Source: Trichoplax sp. H2 (taxonomy: Eukaryota). Taken from it: DNA of 32,852 nucleotides. The notes under the pieces are model-generated. The model worked only from the letters and a program-made list of their open reading frames with translations, was not told where the DNA came from and did no database searches. Below, piece after piece: positions 30,186 to 32,852 of the stretch (positions within the stretch are counted from its first letter, which is position 1; each line of letters begins with the position of its first letter). The position numbers and the translations under genes were made by a program. The stretch lies in contig NOWV01000241.1 in the NCBI GenBank assembly GCA_003344405.1, positions 62,001 to 94,852 of the forward strand, in the 5' to 3' direction.

Positions 30186-30609
30186 TTTATCCATTGACTT
30201 AGCCATGATCAAGCGAGTATCTATTGTCACTTTAGTATTGCTGTGCATCCATTCAATCATTCGTTAACTATAGTGCACCCTATACACAATTACGTCGATC
30301 AGAATCTTACAGTCTCCCTTAGACTCTAGTTTATCCATTGACTTAGCCATGATCAAGCGAGTATCTATTGTCACTTTAGCATTGCTGTACATCCATTCTA
30401 TCATTCATTAACTATAGTGCACCCTATACACATATACGTCGATCAGAATCCTACCGTCTCCCTTAGGCTCTAGTTTATCCATTGGCTTAGCCATGATCAA
30501 GCGAGTCTCCATTGTCACTTTAGCATAGCTGTTCATCCATTCAATCATGCGTTAACTATAGTGTACCCTATACACACGTACGTCGATCAGAATCCTACCG
30601 TCACCCTTA
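30186..30609. repeat. Tandem repeat, 144-bp unit x about 3
   Basis: Units start with TTTATCCATTG at 30186, 30330 and 30474. About 9 substitutions between copies 1 and 2, with no indels. Confidence 0.95.
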
Positions 30610-30819
30610 CTTTACCAGTACAGTCGTTTGCATGTCCACATTTGCTTGCAAGTTAGCCATAGCAAATTCCATTTATGGATGAGTTGAAATGGCGTCATGG
30701 TTGCACAACTAGGATAATACGCTCAGTTCTATCTTATAATGTACTTGTGCTCTCTCGATGCCAATTTGTTGTTGTCTTTTGCATAATGTAGAATACGGTC
30801 TAATTGGATCAATGTTCCC

Positions 30820-30883
30820 NNNNNNNNNNNNNNNNNNNNNNNNNNNNNNNNNNNNNNNNNNNNNNNNNNNNNNNNNNNNNNNN
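30820..30883. other. Assembly gap (64 N)
   Basis: Run of N characters. Confidence 1.
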
Positions 30884-31138
30884 GCAATAGCAGCAGCAAT
30901 CAGCAAGACGATGCCAATCTCGAGCTCTCCACAGCCACCACGACCAACGTTGCTAGGTGATGATCCTGGAGGTGACGGACGAACCACTCAGTATAGACGA
31001 GTAGGACTGATCCAGTCAAGGGATTGCCATACTATGCCAACCCACTCTTGTATCATATCATCGTTGCTCAACTCATACAGAACTTGCTATAAAAAAGTCT
31101 TGAATGGAACACTCATGTCCACCATCGACTTCAACACC

Positions 31139-32540
31139 TGAGTAGTCTAACAACGCAAACAGTAGTTCATAATCTATAGTAATAGCACTTGTAACGGGAT
31201 GCATGGATGATTGATACCAGTTGAGTAGTCTAACAACGCAAATAGTAGTCCATAATGCATAGTAACATCAATAATAAAGGGAAGCATAGACGGTTGATAC
31301 TAGCTGAGTAGTCTAACAACGCAAATAGTAGTCCATAATGCATAGTAATAGCACTTATAATGGGATGCATAGATGGTTGATACCAGTTGAGTAGTCTAAT
31401 AACGCAAATAGTAGTCCATAATTCATAGTAGCGCCAGTAATAAAGGGAAGCATAGACGGTTGATAGTAGCTGAGTAGTCTAACAACGCAAATAGTAGTCC
31501 ATAATGCATAGTAACACCAGTGATAAAGGGAAGCATAGATGATTGATACCAGTTGAGTAGTCTAACAACGTAAACAGTAGTCCATAATGCATAGTAACAC
31601 CAGTGATAAAGGGAAGCATAGATGATTGATACCAGTTGAGTAGTCTAACAACGCAAATAGTAGTCCATAATGCATAGTAACACCAGTAATAAAGGGAAGC
31701 ATAGACGGTTGATAGTAGCTGAGTAGTCTAACAACGCAAACAGTAGTCCATAATGCATAGTAACACCAGTGATAAAGGGAAGCATAGATGATTGATACCA
31801 GTTGAGTAGTCTAACAACGCAAATAGTAGTCCATAATGCATAGTAGCGCCAGTAATAAAGGGAAGCATAGACGGTTGATACTAGCTGAGTAGTCTAACAA
31901 CGCAAATAGTAGTCCATAATGCATAGTAACACCAGTGATAAAGGGAAACATAGATGATTGATACCATTTGAGTAGTCTAACAACGCAAATAGTAATCCAT
32001 AGTGCATAGTAACATCACTAATAAAGGGAAGCATAGACGGTTGATACTGACTGAGTAGCCTAACAACGCAAACAGTAGTCCATAATGCATAGTAACATCA
32101 CTAATAAAGGGAAGCATAGACGGTTGATACTGACTGAGTAGTCTAACAACGCAAACAGTAGTCCATAATGTATAGTAATAACACTTACAAAGGGAAGCAT
32201 AGATGATTGATACCAGCTGAATAGTCTAACAACGCAAACAGCAGTCCATAATGCATAGTAACATCGCTAATAAAGGGAAGCATAGACGGTTGATACTGAC
32301 TGAGTAGTCTAACAACGCAGATAGTAGCTCATGATGCATAGTAACATCACTAATAAAGGGAAGCATAGATGATTGATACTAGTTGAGTAGTCTAATAACG
32401 CAAACGGTAGTCCATAATGCATAGTAATAGCAGTGATAACAGGAAGCATAGATGATTGATACTAGCTGAATAGTCTAACAACGCAAATAGTAGTCCATAA
32501 TGCATAGTAACATCAGTAATAAAGGGAAGCATAGACGATT
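31139..32540. repeat. Minisatellite/satellite array, 83-bp unit x about 17
   Basis: TGA(G/A)TAG(T/C)CTAA unit starts at 31139, 31222, 31305, 31388, 31471, 31554, 31637, 31720, 31803, 31886, 31969, 32052, 32135, 32218, 32301, 32384 and 32467. The period is exactly 83 bp and the last copy is truncated. Confidence 0.98.
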
Positions 32541-32852
32541 AAGACTCGCCGATTCGAGCATTGGCTTGGCTGTCGCAAGCTGCTCCTGCTCTCTCTTACA
32601 AAATCATACATGTTTAGCTACTGTATGATACAGTATACTAGTAGTATATTCTAGCCAAAAGGAAGACAGAACTGTGCCACCATGGAAGCGGATCGTGTCC
32701 ACGCAGTCTCCTACGCGTCGCATACAATTCACTGTAGCTTTCAGCGATGATTGCGTTAGTCAAGTTTCATAGTCAAGGCAAAATTGCTTCCAATTCTTGG
32801 CTAATTGCAAGCTTGCAACAACTTCTTATGGTGGCTAGCGGTCAAGATGTCG

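Noticed and set aside
30186..30609. 144-bp unit (48 codons) giving tandem 46-aa minus-strand ORFs (MIEWM...RVHYS)
   Set aside because: Every unit contains a stop, differences between copies are mostly non-synonymous, and no domain is recognisable.
30709..31141. ORFs on both strands spanning the N gap
   Set aside because: Their length is an artefact of the N run and no homology was recognised.
31139..32540. CRISPR-like regular array
   Set aside because: Whole units are homologous with no unique spacers, there are no cas genes, and the context is eukaryotic.

Overview
AT-rich, compact eukaryotic (metazoan) genomic DNA with many short introns, mostly 60-190 nt. This style resembles an early-branching animal such as a placozoan, which is an inference and not proven. 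Four genes can be reconstructed by hand. (1) A giant HERC1 E3 ubiquitin ligase on + (996..18151, about 41 exons, about 4,370 aa, RLD1-SPRY-UBA-WD40-RLD2-HECT). (2) A ZNF474-like C2HC zinc-finger gene on - with a single coding exon. (3) A 13-exon CaMK4-like kinase on + whose catalytic motifs are degenerate (HRD->HGN, DFG->DHY), so a probable pseudokinase; the ORF track misses it. (4) Snurportin-1 (SNUPN) on -, whose first coding exon is not visible. Upstream of SNUPN lie degenerate duplications, a 3x144-bp tandem repeat, an assembly gap and a ~17x83-bp tandem array with alternating variant types. No prokaryotic features, CRISPR arrays, tRNA or rRNA were recognised. Comparisons with human proteins are from recalled sequences, not from database searches.
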